A stretch of DNA of 64,000 bases, taken from assembly GCA_964019335.1 (NCBI GenBank), contig OZ025661.1, positions 248,001-312,000 on the forward strand, written 5' to 3'. The notes below the pieces were generated by a model. The model ran no database searches, was not told the origin of the DNA, and was given only the letters and a program-made list of their open reading frames with translations. Positions 11,560 to 21,893 of the stretch are shown piece by piece. Source of the stretch: Diplonema japonicum (lineage: Eukaryota > Protista > Euglenozoa: Diplonemea). The position numbers were made by a program, and so were the translations under genes. Numbering within the stretch: position 1 is the first letter of the stretch; every line of letters starts with the position of its first letter.

Positions 11560-12819
11560 TTAAACAGCAGCGACGCCGTTTGACAACAAAGGCCGCTCAG
11601 CCTCATCCTCTTCCCCACCCTCATCGGTTTTAACCCAAATAGCGCATAGATAAAGCAACAACGCACCCAACACAAGTGTCCCGTAAAACCTGTACAAGAA
11701 CACCTCCCCAAGATACTCGATAATATACCCTCCAGACAGGGTACCGAGAAAGGTCCCGGCTCCGGAACGAACGGCAGTGAGAAGCCCCTGCGCAGAGGCC
11801 TCCTTCCCCTTGGGAGCATGCATGGTGATGTACTCTTGAGAAGCTAGTGTCATGGCAGCGATGGTAATACCATGAAGGGGCTCCACAAGCAACACATAAG
11901 ACCCCTCAGGGACCAGCGTGTAAAGGTACACACGGCTTACATAACACAACGTAGCAACTGTGATGCATGTTGTGACACCGTACTTCCCCACAAGGTCGAA
12001 CTTGAAGAGAGGGACTTCAAAGATGATAGTTACGACAACAGATATACCGCAGACAAGGCTGGATGCCCGTAGCTCGTTGGTGAAGAAAAGAAAGAGAAGG
12101 TTCTCTACCAGCGACATCCCCGCCGCGGAGACCATCATCAGCATGAAGAACGTCATGTTTTCAAGAGACTTAAACGGGATCGACAGAACCTCAAGGTCGC
12201 ACCGCGATGCAAGATGAGTCTTCTCCTCCTTAGAAGTGTGTTTCTCCCGGCTCCACTTTTTCAACAACACGAGCGCGACAACAGATGACACACAATGCCC
12301 GACATACATAATCCAAGTCCCGTACCGGTCTAAGAGAATTCCTTGAATCATGTGAACGATGAGCCAGGAGTATGCTCCATACACCCTTTCTCGTCCAAAT
12401 CTCACAGAACGTTCTTTTTTGTCGTTTGAGGTGTTTTCGATGTCCTGTGCTACAATAGCGTTGAGGAGGGGGTACCATGCCGTGAAGGAGCATGAGGCGA
12501 GGATGCGTAGTGTGAAGAGGTACGGGAAGACGAGGTCGCCTGTGACGTATCCTAAGTCAACGAGGCACTGTGCGAGGAATGTTACCTCGCTGAGAATGAT
12601 GGCGAGTTCTAAGAGGTATTCCTTCGAGTCTTTTCTCGCCATGCTGTCGGCCTTGTTCGTCCACACCACGGCCGCCACTATGCAGACGAGCGCGCCCACG
12701 CTCAGAACCGTCCCGATTTGTGAGTCGGTTAAACCGTGTTCCTCGAAGAACACGCTCATGAACCTCCCTTGAAAACCCCCGATCATGAAATTCGCGAAAA
12801 ACAATGATCGGCCTCTCAT
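11560..12819 (-). CDS. Major facilitator superfamily transporter (MFSD6/MFS_1-like)
   Basis: About 12 hydrophobic segments; motifs GLTDSQIG, FGRERVYG, EVPLF, EPLHG, ASAQG. Start placed at MRGRSL after an A/G-rich UTR. Confidence 0.85.
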   Translation of the reverse strand: MRGRSLFFANFMIGGFQGRFMSVFFEEHGLTDSQIGTVLSVGALVCIVAAVVWTNKADSMARKDSKEYLLELAIILSEVTFLAQCLVDLGYVTGDLVFPYLFTLRILASCSFTAWYPLLNAIVAQDIENTSNDKKERSVRFGRERVYGAYSWLIVHMIQGILLDRYGTWIMYVGHCVSSVVALVLLKKWSREKHTSKEEKTHLASRCDLEVLSIPFKSLENMTFFMLMMVSAAGMSLVENLLFLFFTNELRASSLVCGISVVVTIIFEVPLFKFDLVGKYGVTTCITVATLCYVSRVYLYTLVPEGSYVLLVEPLHGITIAAMTLASQEYITMHAPKGKEASAQGLLTAVRSGAGTFLGTLSGGYIIEYLGEVFLYRFYGTLVLGALLLYLCAIWVKTDEGGEEDEAERPLLSNGVAAV

Positions 12820-13314
12820 TTTTTTTCCCCCCTCTCCCTCTCCGCCCTTTTTTTTTTTTTTTTGCTTGAACAAGAAAAAAGAGAAAAAAAAATATATTGA
12901 TCATGAATTGTTATCGCTGAAAAAAAAAAAAAAAAAAAAAAAAGGAGTGTAGTGGTATTAAGCAGATGTTGGGCTTATCCTTCTACAGGTTAATCCCGGC
13001 TGTGCACAAAACGACAACTTTTTTTTTCTTTTTTTCTTTTTTTTTTTTTTTTTTGCATTTTCAGTTCACTTGTCTGGAGAAAATAAAAATAAAAACAAAA
13101 CAAAAAAAGGAGAGGAGAGCTTTTTTTTTTCCCTTTTTTTTTTCTTCCGGAAATGATTTCCACTTAGAACTCATGGAAATGAGCAATAAAAAAAAAGAAA
13201 AAAAAGAAGGGGAGGAGCCGAGAGGCTCTTATCCCAACTGCTCTATTAATTCCGACGAATTGTAACAAAAGGGGGGAAATGAAATGTACCAAAAAGGGTG
13301 CCCCTCCCCCGATA

Positions 13315-15180
13315 TCACAACGAATTCTGTGCACACACTTTGTTCGGCGGGTCACCTCCATCAAGAGTTGATGCCTTGCTTTCTGTTAAAGAATTTCGTC
13401 CCGAACTGGGCCCTATTTGGTCAGTGCAGATAGTACCAGATCGTAATTTTCGTGACTCGAAGCAGTTGGAGTAGTCAGCGTGTGTTTTAATGTCCATCAT
13501 CCTCGTCTCGATCTGGTCCTTAATGATCATTGCCAGCTTTGGCGAGGAGTCCACCACGGTAAGAAACGGTCCTTTGTCTAAGGTGAATACTTCACAAGCT
13601 GTAATGGTGCGCACGGTGGCGTTTCGTTCTGATTCCCTAATAAGCGCCACTTCACCGAACCACGAGTCTTCCTTAAGGGTTGCAATCCATTGATCACCGT
13701 CCAATGAAGGGATTGTAACTTCAACACAGCCCCTGTGAATGAAGAACATCTCGTTGCCTAGTTCGCCCTTTGATACCAGTTCCGTTCTCGGAGGTACGAT
13801 GGTTGTCTTGAGGGATTGGATAAGCCCGTGGATAGCGTCTGGCTCAACACCGTTGAAAAGCGGGACCGACTTCACCATCTTAGCCTTGATGCAGTATTTG
13901 ATCCGATCCTGCATAAACGGGGGCAGTTCTTGAAGAACGCTGTTGTGATCCTTCATCCAGGACTCTAAAATAGACGGTAGGATCGTGAAGCATTGCTTCT
14001 GCAACACCCATGGTATGTCGTTTGTGTCCAACAGCCTTGTTAACTGTTTTTTCTTTTCCTCTATCGACGCCTCGTAAGGATCCGTTCCTATGAAAAAAGC
14101 CGTGCTGACAGCACCGACATACACCAGAAATCCAACCCCCAGAAGCTGGACGATAATGGAAAACCAGATAGTGTGAACGGAGTTTGGGGTTATGTCACCA
14201 TACCCAACGCTTGTAAAGGTTGTTACAATGAAATATACGGAAAATGTAACCTGTTCGATGTCGGTGACGTTGGATGCAACATTACCGTTGATCTCGTCAG
14301 ATGACGCAAGAGCAAGCCACAACGCTGACAGAATTGTGAGTCCGGCTATGTTGTAATAGGAGAATAGTATAATTGTGACGATCTTGGGTTGTTCTTTCAA
14401 GGGGGAGGATTTCGGGAACATGAACGGGACGCGAACGGAACGAATCAACTTCGCTACCCTCGCGACCCGGTACGCTGTCATGCTAAACGCGATGCAGATT
14501 AAATCAACAGGGATCCATGTTATCAAATCGAACGCGAACCACGTCTTCAAATATCTGAACTGCACTTCTGTTACGTCGTTATCGATAAGCTCCCAATTCT
14601 TCACGTACGCCGTTTTGAAATTCAAACACATTTCGACGAAGAACGGTACCGCCTCTGCAAGAGACCACCCAATGTAAAAAGCTCGATTTGGGTCTATAGA
14701 GGGAGACCACCATCCTTTCTGCGCTGATGACCATGACACATCGATCAGGTCGAACATCATAATCAATATCAGAACGGTGTGGAGGAGCATTCGAGGGGTT
14801 GTGTCTGGTAAGATGATATGCGAATCACCATCTGCTTCAAACTTCAACAAAGATGTGGTGGATGGCCGTTGTCCCTCAGCGGAACCCAGTTGTACAGGGG
14901 GGATGTATTGTATGCTGTCTTCTTTTTTTCTTACTAAAGGGTTTTTGTCAAGCAATGACCACAATTCTTCGCTGGAGTTCATCTCCTCCTCTTCTTCCGA
15001 AACGAAGCTCCGTCCCCGAAACGTTCGAATCGGCAAGCACGGGCTCTTCAAGCTTCCATTCTTCCTTCGTGTCAGCAACCCCAAGTTCCTTTGCATCTCT
15101 TGCTGTGTTTCCATCAACGTCCCCAGCACCTTCTCGACTTGGCTCAGGCTGTGTTCGAGCTTTTTTTCTTCCTCCGACAT
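13315..15180 (-). CDS. Cyclic-nucleotide-binding-domain voltage-gated K+ channel (KCNH/HCN-like)
   Basis: S4 segment RVARVAKLIR, pore TSVGYGD, C-terminal CNBD (FGEVAL..RNATV). Confidence 0.9.
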   Translation of the reverse strand: MSEEEKKLEHSLSQVEKVLGTLMETQQEMQRNLGLLTRRKNGSLKSPCLPIRTFRGRSFVSEEEEEMNSSEELWSLLDKNPLVRKKEDSIQYIPPVQLGSAEGQRPSTTSLLKFEADGDSHIILPDTTPRMLLHTVLILIMMFDLIDVSWSSAQKGWWSPSIDPNRAFYIGWSLAEAVPFFVEMCLNFKTAYVKNWELIDNDVTEVQFRYLKTWFAFDLITWIPVDLICIAFSMTAYRVARVAKLIRSVRVPFMFPKSSPLKEQPKIVTIILFSYYNIAGLTILSALWLALASSDEINGNVASNVTDIEQVTFSVYFIVTTFTSVGYGDITPNSVHTIWFSIIVQLLGVGFLVYVGAVSTAFFIGTDPYEASIEEKKKQLTRLLDTNDIPWVLQKQCFTILPSILESWMKDHNSVLQELPPFMQDRIKYCIKAKMVKSVPLFNGVEPDAIHGLIQSLKTTIVPPRTELVSKGELGNEMFFIHRGCVEVTIPSLDGDQWIATLKEDSWFGEVALIRESERNATVRTITACEVFTLDKGPFLTVVDSSPKLAMIIKDQIETRMMDIKTHADYSNCFESRKLRSGTICTDQIGPSSGRNSLTESKASTLDGGDPPNKVCAQNSL

Positions 15181-16089
15181 TTTTTTCTTCTTCTTTTATC
15201 TAAAAAAAAAAAAGAGTTTTTTAATATGTTATGTTATTTGCATAGGGGGTAAAAAAAAAGGGGGGGGAAGAGAAACGTCGCAATAGAGAGCGGAGGCCTT
15301 ATAGAAGAAGTGTAAATAATACTTTATTTTGCCCCGTTGAGGTGAGGTGTGTGTGGGATGGGGGGGGACTTTAAAATAATATGGACTTTGTGTTGATTTT
15401 TTTTTTCTCCTTGCTCAAGTAGGTAAAAAAACCTGCGGAAGTAAATCCTTACTCGGCAAAGAGCACGTGGTATTAACCATTTTTTTCAAAACCATATGGG
15501 TAGGGGGGAGAAAAACTAAGACAATGAACTAAAGTAATCGACAAGACGAAAGAAGAATGACACACACAAAAAAAAGTGATGTTTAAGACCACCTTTTAAA
15601 TAAATAAAAAAAGTAAAAGGTGATTCTACCCCCCGGCAATTTTCGAAGATAAAAGGTTAAAAACCGTGAGGTCGGGCACTCGGCTTTTTTTTACGTTAGC
15701 ATTATTAGACCCCCACTTAGTTTTCCCCTTGCCTTCCTCCTGTTGCCTATTGTGTTGCTAATCATGGCGTCAGTGAGAGGGCAAAAGGTGCACAGTTCCT
15801 TCACACTGACTCGCCTATGGAGGCATCGTTGCACACACTTAGACAGGCTCTGAAGACCTCCGTCCTGCTGCCCTCTCCAAAAATAGAAATAAACATAAAC
15901 AAGTAACATTACTGCACATTCTTTCTTTTTATTTTTCTTTCTCCTATTCTTTCCCCCATTTCGGGTTCTTTTTTTTTGTTCCCCCTCCCCCTCACAAAAA
16001 AAAAACTGGCTGATTTCATAAGTTATCACATCCAGATAAATTCTTTTTTCAGTGCGAATGGGGGGGGGAATCTTTACTTGAAGAAAACA

Positions 16090-18156
16090 TCAAGGCAGCT
16101 CGGGCACCACCCGCCCGCGTTCTATCGCTTCTTCGATGGTTGCGAGAGCGGTCCTCAAGGCCGCGGCGGTGTGCTCAAGGTCGTGACAGGACTGCCGTCT
16201 GTGCGTGGCCCCGACAGCCGCACTCGCGACAGATACCCTCTTCCTGGGAGATATCACAGGGTACGACCCAAAAGACACAGAAGACCCTCTACGCACCGAC
16301 TCAGAAAACTGCCTGTCAAGACTCGCTGGAGTAGCAAGCTGCGACACCGGAGAGAGCGGGTTCAGCACCGTGACACCCTCGTCTCGCATAACGAAGTAAG
16401 ATTTGCTCTGCTGATCCATAGACTTCTTCAAGCGTGGATACCTGGGAAGCAGTTGCCCGAAGTCCTTCTTCTCCAGCCTTAACAGGTCCATGTACGTGAT
16501 CGCCACCACGGAGGCTATCCTCGGCACACCGTGAAGCAGCGAACACTCCCCGAAAAACTTTCCCTTCCCAAGCGTTGTGGTGTACGCACCTTCCCCGTTC
16601 ACAACGTCAGCATAACCATGTAAAATGATGAACATGGAGTCACCTACCTCACCATACGAGACAAGGTATTCATCAGGCTTGGCTGTAAGTGACTTAAGAC
16701 ACCTTGAGACGCCAACGTGGCATTCGGGGTGGTCCCTGAAGATTGAAACTTTTGAGACAAGTTTTACTTTGATGTGGAGCTCCAGCGAGTCGTGGAGGGT
16801 GTCGGGAAGGGAGGTGATCGCCTCCCAGCTTTTGTTGTGTCCCAGGAGATGGCTTTGAAACGCGAGGATTTCCTGTTGGAGCAGCGTGGGCACCTCGTAC
16901 CGTTTGAGAACAGCTAGTACACTTCGCATCTTTTCATTTCTTTCCGCATCAACGTCGCTGTTTCTCTGCATGGTGATGATCTTTGCCAACACCACACCAT
17001 TCCCCACCACACCGATGATGAACACAAACGACGCAAATATTTTTTCAGAATCCGTTTCGATGGGGACATCACCATACCCAACGGACGTGACTGTATACAA
17101 AACCCAGTACACAGCGGTGGGGTAGGTTAGGGTGACACCACACGTCTCTTTCTTCAGTAAAACAAACACCTCGGTGATCCCATGGATGAACACCACAAGC
17201 CAAAACACGATGAACAAACAAGGCTTGACCCCGTAATGAAAACTAATATAAGTTGAATCAAGCCTCACCCTTCCAGAGGGCTTGAAGTAGAACGGAACCC
17301 TCACCACACGTAACAACCTAAAATGCCGCAGCACCCTGTACGGTGCGATAGGACCCCCCGAAAGGTAGAACGCAATTATATCGAACGGAAGGGATGAGAG
17401 AAAATCAATTGTGAATGTTGTCTTGAGGTATTTCAAAGTGATCTCCTTCAAACCAGTTACAGGTGAGTCACCCGACGTGTCAGCAGTAGCAAACGACAGA
17501 AGCATGTCGATGGTGAGTACCAGCGAGAAGATAGATTCTACAACAACTTGTGATGCATGTCCCGCGTCATGTAAACCGGTCGCATCTTCGTGGAGCACAA
17601 CAACCCAGTAGTACATAGCGATGAAAATCAATGCTACATAAAGAGCTGACCGAGGGTGGGAATCGGTAGAGAGCAGCCCGTTTACAGATTGTTTCAACGT
17701 CTTGTCGATGCGGGAGTGCACGTCGTTCATTTTGAGCTCCTCGGGGCTTTCTATAAGCATTTTTACCATCTGCGACTCTTTCCACAGCTGCATCAGGTGA
17801 ACGAATTGTGTGAAGTCTATGTGGCCCTTTCCCCCGTCCACCTGGTCCATTAACTCTTTCAGTTTGCAGGAATCGATGCATATCCCTAAGTGGCGGACGA
17901 TGCCCTGCAGTTCCTTCACGTCGATCTCTTCGTTCTTGTCTTCATCGAATTTTGTGAATAGGTTGGCACACACGGCAAGTTCTTCTCGTGTCATTTCCCC
18001 GCTGTCTTTCAACCCGGGGCTGAGCCTCTCCACCAGGTCAAGGTGGTATTGCTGCTGGAACAGGTTCCTCTTCAAGATACCGGTACGCGTGTGTCTTATT
18101 TTGCCTTCCTCATCGTGCGTGGGATGCATTGGGGTCGTTGGGTCCGAAGCTTTCAT
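16090..18156 (-). CDS. CNBD K+ channel with an N-terminal EF-hand pair
   Basis: EF-hands DEDKNEEIDVKEL and DGGKGHIDFTQF; S4 RVLRHFRLLRVVR; pore TSVGYGD; CNBD FFGECSLL..PRIASV. Confidence 0.9.
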   Translation of the reverse strand: MKASDPTTPMHPTHDEEGKIRHTRTGILKRNLFQQQYHLDLVERLSPGLKDSGEMTREELAVCANLFTKFDEDKNEEIDVKELQGIVRHLGICIDSCKLKELMDQVDGGKGHIDFTQFVHLMQLWKESQMVKMLIESPEELKMNDVHSRIDKTLKQSVNGLLSTDSHPRSALYVALIFIAMYYWVVVLHEDATGLHDAGHASQVVVESIFSLVLTIDMLLSFATADTSGDSPVTGLKEITLKYLKTTFTIDFLSSLPFDIIAFYLSGGPIAPYRVLRHFRLLRVVRVPFYFKPSGRVRLDSTYISFHYGVKPCLFIVFWLVVFIHGITEVFVLLKKETCGVTLTYPTAVYWVLYTVTSVGYGDVPIETDSEKIFASFVFIIGVVGNGVVLAKIITMQRNSDVDAERNEKMRSVLAVLKRYEVPTLLQQEILAFQSHLLGHNKSWEAITSLPDTLHDSLELHIKVKLVSKVSIFRDHPECHVGVSRCLKSLTAKPDEYLVSYGEVGDSMFIILHGYADVVNGEGAYTTTLGKGKFFGECSLLHGVPRIASVVAITYMDLLRLEKKDFGQLLPRYPRLKKSMDQQSKSYFVMRDEGVTVLNPLSPVSQLATPASLDRQFSESVRRGSSVSFGSYPVISPRKRVSVASAAVGATHRRQSCHDLEHTAAALRTALATIEEAIERGRVVPELP

Positions 18157-18320
18157 GTCATAGAGCAGGAGGAGGGGGGGCGTAAACTGTCATATAAATG
18201 CCAAGGAGAACAGGATTTTGTATAAGAAGAAGAAAAAAAAAGGGGGGGAATGTATGATCCCCCCCCGCCCTAGCCCCAGCGTTTTTCAGTTCTCCCACTA
18301 TTTAATCTTAAACCTTTTCA

Positions 18321-19852
18321 TCATGACCCACCTAATTTCATTTTCTTTCCTGGTGGTGCCATAATATCAGTCGAATCCGTCACGGTACTACCGACGTAAG
18401 AAGCTCCACCGCTGGCCGTAGAGCTCTGTGGTGTGGTGTGTTGTGTTGTGTATTTTCTTTCCCTCCCTGCTTTTCTTTTTCACAAACCTTGAACCCAGAT
18501 GTGTCACCGAAGTATTTAGAAGAACTGAACTCCTGTTTTGGGGCAATGTCCGCTGCCCCGAGGTCCATCCCCTGGACGGGGGTGAATACAAGCGAAGAGG
18601 CAAGCCCTGACTGGAACTCCCCTACCTTGGGTTGAGTCGGTTTGGCTTGTTTTGCCCTAACCTTGGACTCCGCTGTGAAGTTGATTTTACTCTTTTTGAG
18701 GCTGTTGTAGTTACGGCCTTCTATGAGGTTGTCCTCTTCGATTTCACCGAAGGACATCCTGTTCATGTGTTTGGAAACGGTGGTTTGTTTCCATTTTGCA
18801 CGCATTCTTTGGTATTTTGCGCCTGCTCGCTTGCGCTTGGCGTTGTCGCGGGGTGCGGGGAGCGCCTTGTCGATCTTGGCGGGCGGGCGTTCCTTCCACT
18901 TTTTGATGGTTTCGAAAACCTGTTCTCTCAGCTGCTTCCCGTACGAACCATCCGAGATAGAGCGGTCCGCGTCTGCTCGGATGGACAATGTGGCTTTGTT
19001 CGCAACCAGCCCGACAGCTTTACGCTTATATTCATGAGTCTGTGCCGACACGATATCGGTGTTCAGAAGATACCCAGCATGGTAAAGCTGTGTTGTGGCT
19101 GCCATTCCTCCAAGCGTTTTCTTTGTTTTCCCGAGAGTTTTGATGACGTTTGATTGAAGCTTCGAGAGGGCAAGAATGCCCCCCGCAGCACCGGTGAGCA
19201 ACGCTGCGATGCTTGTTCCAACAAAGGCTGACAGGTTGGGTGCGAGCTTCTTCATTCTTGACTGGACGAATTCCAAGATAAGCTGTTTTGCCTCTTCCAG
19301 ACCAAGGATCTCGTCACAAGCGTTTAGAACGGTTTCAAGCTCGTGTTCCGTTAGCTTTCTTCCCTTTGAAGACGACGCCATTGTTTGCACCACCAGAATG
19401 TCTTTTTTGTCGAGGATATCTGAGAGCGATGCGGTGATCGTCGTGGTGTCCATTACGTTGCCGATGCACTTTACCGTTTTGCAGTACTGAATGGGATCTA
19501 AGGAGTATGATTCAAGTTCTGGGAATTTCACGGCGAAGTGGTCTTTTACGAATTTATGTACCTTGTTGATGTCTCTTGTGATCTCTGTTACTATTCTGTT
19601 GCTCTCAAGCATCAGCGCGTACTCTTTGCTGTCGACCGTCATCACTCCTGCGTCGTCCTTGCTGTCGTTGGCCTCTTCGATCTCTGTTATGTGATTCAGC
19701 ATTTTGTCGCTTCGCAGCACCTTTGCGACTTCCTGTACGTCTGTGTACTTCATCATGTCCTCAGCCTCGAGGACCTCCTCTTCATCTTCCGATATGATGT
19801 CGTCTCCAAGATCCTCGAGAAGATCTTCCAAATCATTTTCGTCGTCAGACAT
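18321..19852 (-). CDS. PRP31: U4/U6 snRNP protein Prp31; one 3' intron, about 489 aa
   Basis: NOSIC/Nop domain (KFPELES, APNLSAFVG), KRKRAG, NRMSFG, SGLASSLVFTPVQG. Spliced C-terminus ..GFK|SSTASGG..APPGKKMKLGGS*. Confidence 0.92.
18426..18487 (-). other. 62-nt GT-AG intron, A/C-rich with no U-tract (PRP31)
   Basis: GTTTGTGAAAAAG..ACACAACACAACACACCACACCACAG; the composition shift matches the boundaries. Confidence 0.75.
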
Positions 19853-20329
19853 TTTTTATATAGTATTTTTCTATTTGGGGGGGGGTGTTTTTTTTTTTGC
19901 GATTTAGGAAAAAAAAAGAGGGAGAAAAATAAAAAAGAAAGAGGGAGTAACAGAGAGGGAGGAACAGTATATATATAGGGTGTTCGAAGTTGTAATTCAG
20001 TTTGTTTCACATAGTTTTTTTTTTTTTTTTTTTTCTTTTCTCGTTGAGGAAAAGGAAGATAGGGGAAAAAAAAAGAGGAAAAAAAAAAAAATTGAAATAT
20101 TCGGCGTACAAATTTCAATGTGCAGGGTGCTCACTGTTGTAGTAGAATGAATTTCTTTTTTTTCTTCTTTTTTTTTTTAAAAAAAGAGGAACTGGCCGTT
20201 GTTTGTACGTGCCGGGTTTTTATTTTCTTTTTTGGATTTCGTTTATTATTATCATCGTTGTATTTCCTTTTTATTTTTTATTTTATTTTCCAGCAGCAGC
20301 TGCTGTCTGTATTGTGTTCCAGAAATCAT

Positions 20330-21340
20330 CTAAAACAAAACAACGGCTGCAAGGAAGGTAACGAGAAGAAGGGCGGAAGTGACGGGGTTGGCCGCGGGTG
20401 CAGCGTTCACGGTCTTCTTGTACTGCTTGTTGAACTCCTCCCAGGTGAGGTAGCCGTCGACACTCTTGTTGGCGTTCAGCTGCACGTACTGGCAGTGGAT
20501 GTCGAGGGTGAGGGGTGCAACGAGGTCCGCCTGCAGTGAGAGGGTGGCACCTTTCAGGGTACCTGTGGCGCACGACCCAACGTTCCTCACAAGCCTCGAG
20601 GCGGGGGTCTTGTTGTCCTGAACAATGCACTTCGCGTCGCTGAAGTCGCTCTCCACGAGGGAAGCCACCCAACCGGTTGCCACCTTGTTGCACGCCGCCT
20701 GCGAGCTCACGCGGCTGGGGCTCGTGACCACCTTGCACTTCGCGTCGTACGACTGGCAGCACCCATCGCACTCTGGCTCCGCCCCGCATGCCTTCTGGCT
20801 CAGGGACTCTGTCGTGCTCGCCTTCTCCGTCCCCGAGCACTTGTTCCCCGTCCAGCTGCGGGTCTTCACCCCGCCCTTCTTCATCGCAAGCAGGTAGTTC
20901 GTCACAATGCATTGTTCTGCCACCGTCAGCGACGACGGGTTGAACTTCGCTGACCCGAGGGCCGTCACCACACACGTGTCCGCTTTCAGCGTCTTGACCT
21001 CCGCCGTCCCCTCGCACGTCTTCGAGGCCTTCCAGTACGACAGCTGCAGGGCCTCCGCCCCCTTCGCGGGGCACGCCGTGTCGTCGATCTTCAGCATCAC
21101 AGAGTACGCCACAGTGCTGTCCGTCAGGCACGCGTCGATCGTGTGCCCGCTCAGCTCTGCCCCCGCCGTCGCGAACGGCTTCACCGCGACCGTGTCCTGA
21201 GCGGCGTAGCTCCACAGCGCCGCCTTCGGGTCCGCAACCCCGGTGCAGTCCGCGCTGGTGTAGAACACGGGGTTCGTGAAAGGGCTCCCAGCAGCAGCAG
21301 CAAAGGACACACCCATCGCAAGGATAAGGGTTGACTGCAT
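20330..21340 (-). CDS. Secreted Cys-rich protein with a C-terminal EF-hand-like motif and probable GPI signal (copy A)
   Basis: Signal peptide; Y/W-x3-C-x-G motifs; NANKSVDGYLTWEEF; hydrophobic C-terminal tail; very high GC3. Confidence 0.85.
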   Translation of the reverse strand: MQSTLILAMGVSFAAAAGSPFTNPVFYTSADCTGVADPKAALWSYAAQDTVAVKPFATAGAELSGHTIDACLTDSTVAYSVMLKIDDTACPAKGAEALQLSYWKASKTCEGTAEVKTLKADTCVVTALGSAKFNPSSLTVAEQCIVTNYLLAMKKGGVKTRSWTGNKCSGTEKASTTESLSQKACGAEPECDGCCQSYDAKCKVVTSPSRVSSQAACNKVATGWVASLVESDFSDAKCIVQDNKTPASRLVRNVGSCATGTLKGATLSLQADLVAPLTLDIHCQYVQLNANKSVDGYLTWEEFNKQYKKTVNAAPAANPVTSALLLVTFLAAVVLF

Positions 21341-21861
21341 TTTCTTTTCTTTTTTTTTTCGTATGTGTGCTTTTATTGTCTTTGTTTGTGTGTGTTGCTT
21401 TTTCTGATTTCTTTTTGGAAAGGAAAAAAAAAGGGGGGTAGTGGTGGTGGTGGTGTAAAGTCTCAGACGGGTGTTGTCGGCAAGACTGATTTTTTTTCTT
21501 TTTCCCCGCTCTCGATTTTTTTTACAGGTAAAACGAAAGGGGGAAGGAAGGAACGAAGGAAGGAAGGGGGAAGCTGTTCATTATTTTTTTTTATCAATTT
21601 CTTTTTTATCATCTCCAATATCGAAGGAGAAAAGAATGAATGGGAACAGCGATTTCTTTCTCTTTTTTTTTTTGTTGGATCGAAGCAGAAACAAAGAGAA
21701 CGTTTGCGCATGTCTTAAAGTGAATCCGGACCGCAAGATAATAGAGGGTGGAGGGGTAGAGATAAGGGGGGGGGTGGGGTGGTGGAGGGAGGGATAGAGA
21801 GATAGGGGGGATGTGGTGAAACAACAAAGTCAAGGGTACGAACTTGAAAATGCCAGACCAC

Positions 21862-21893
<32 letters not shown>

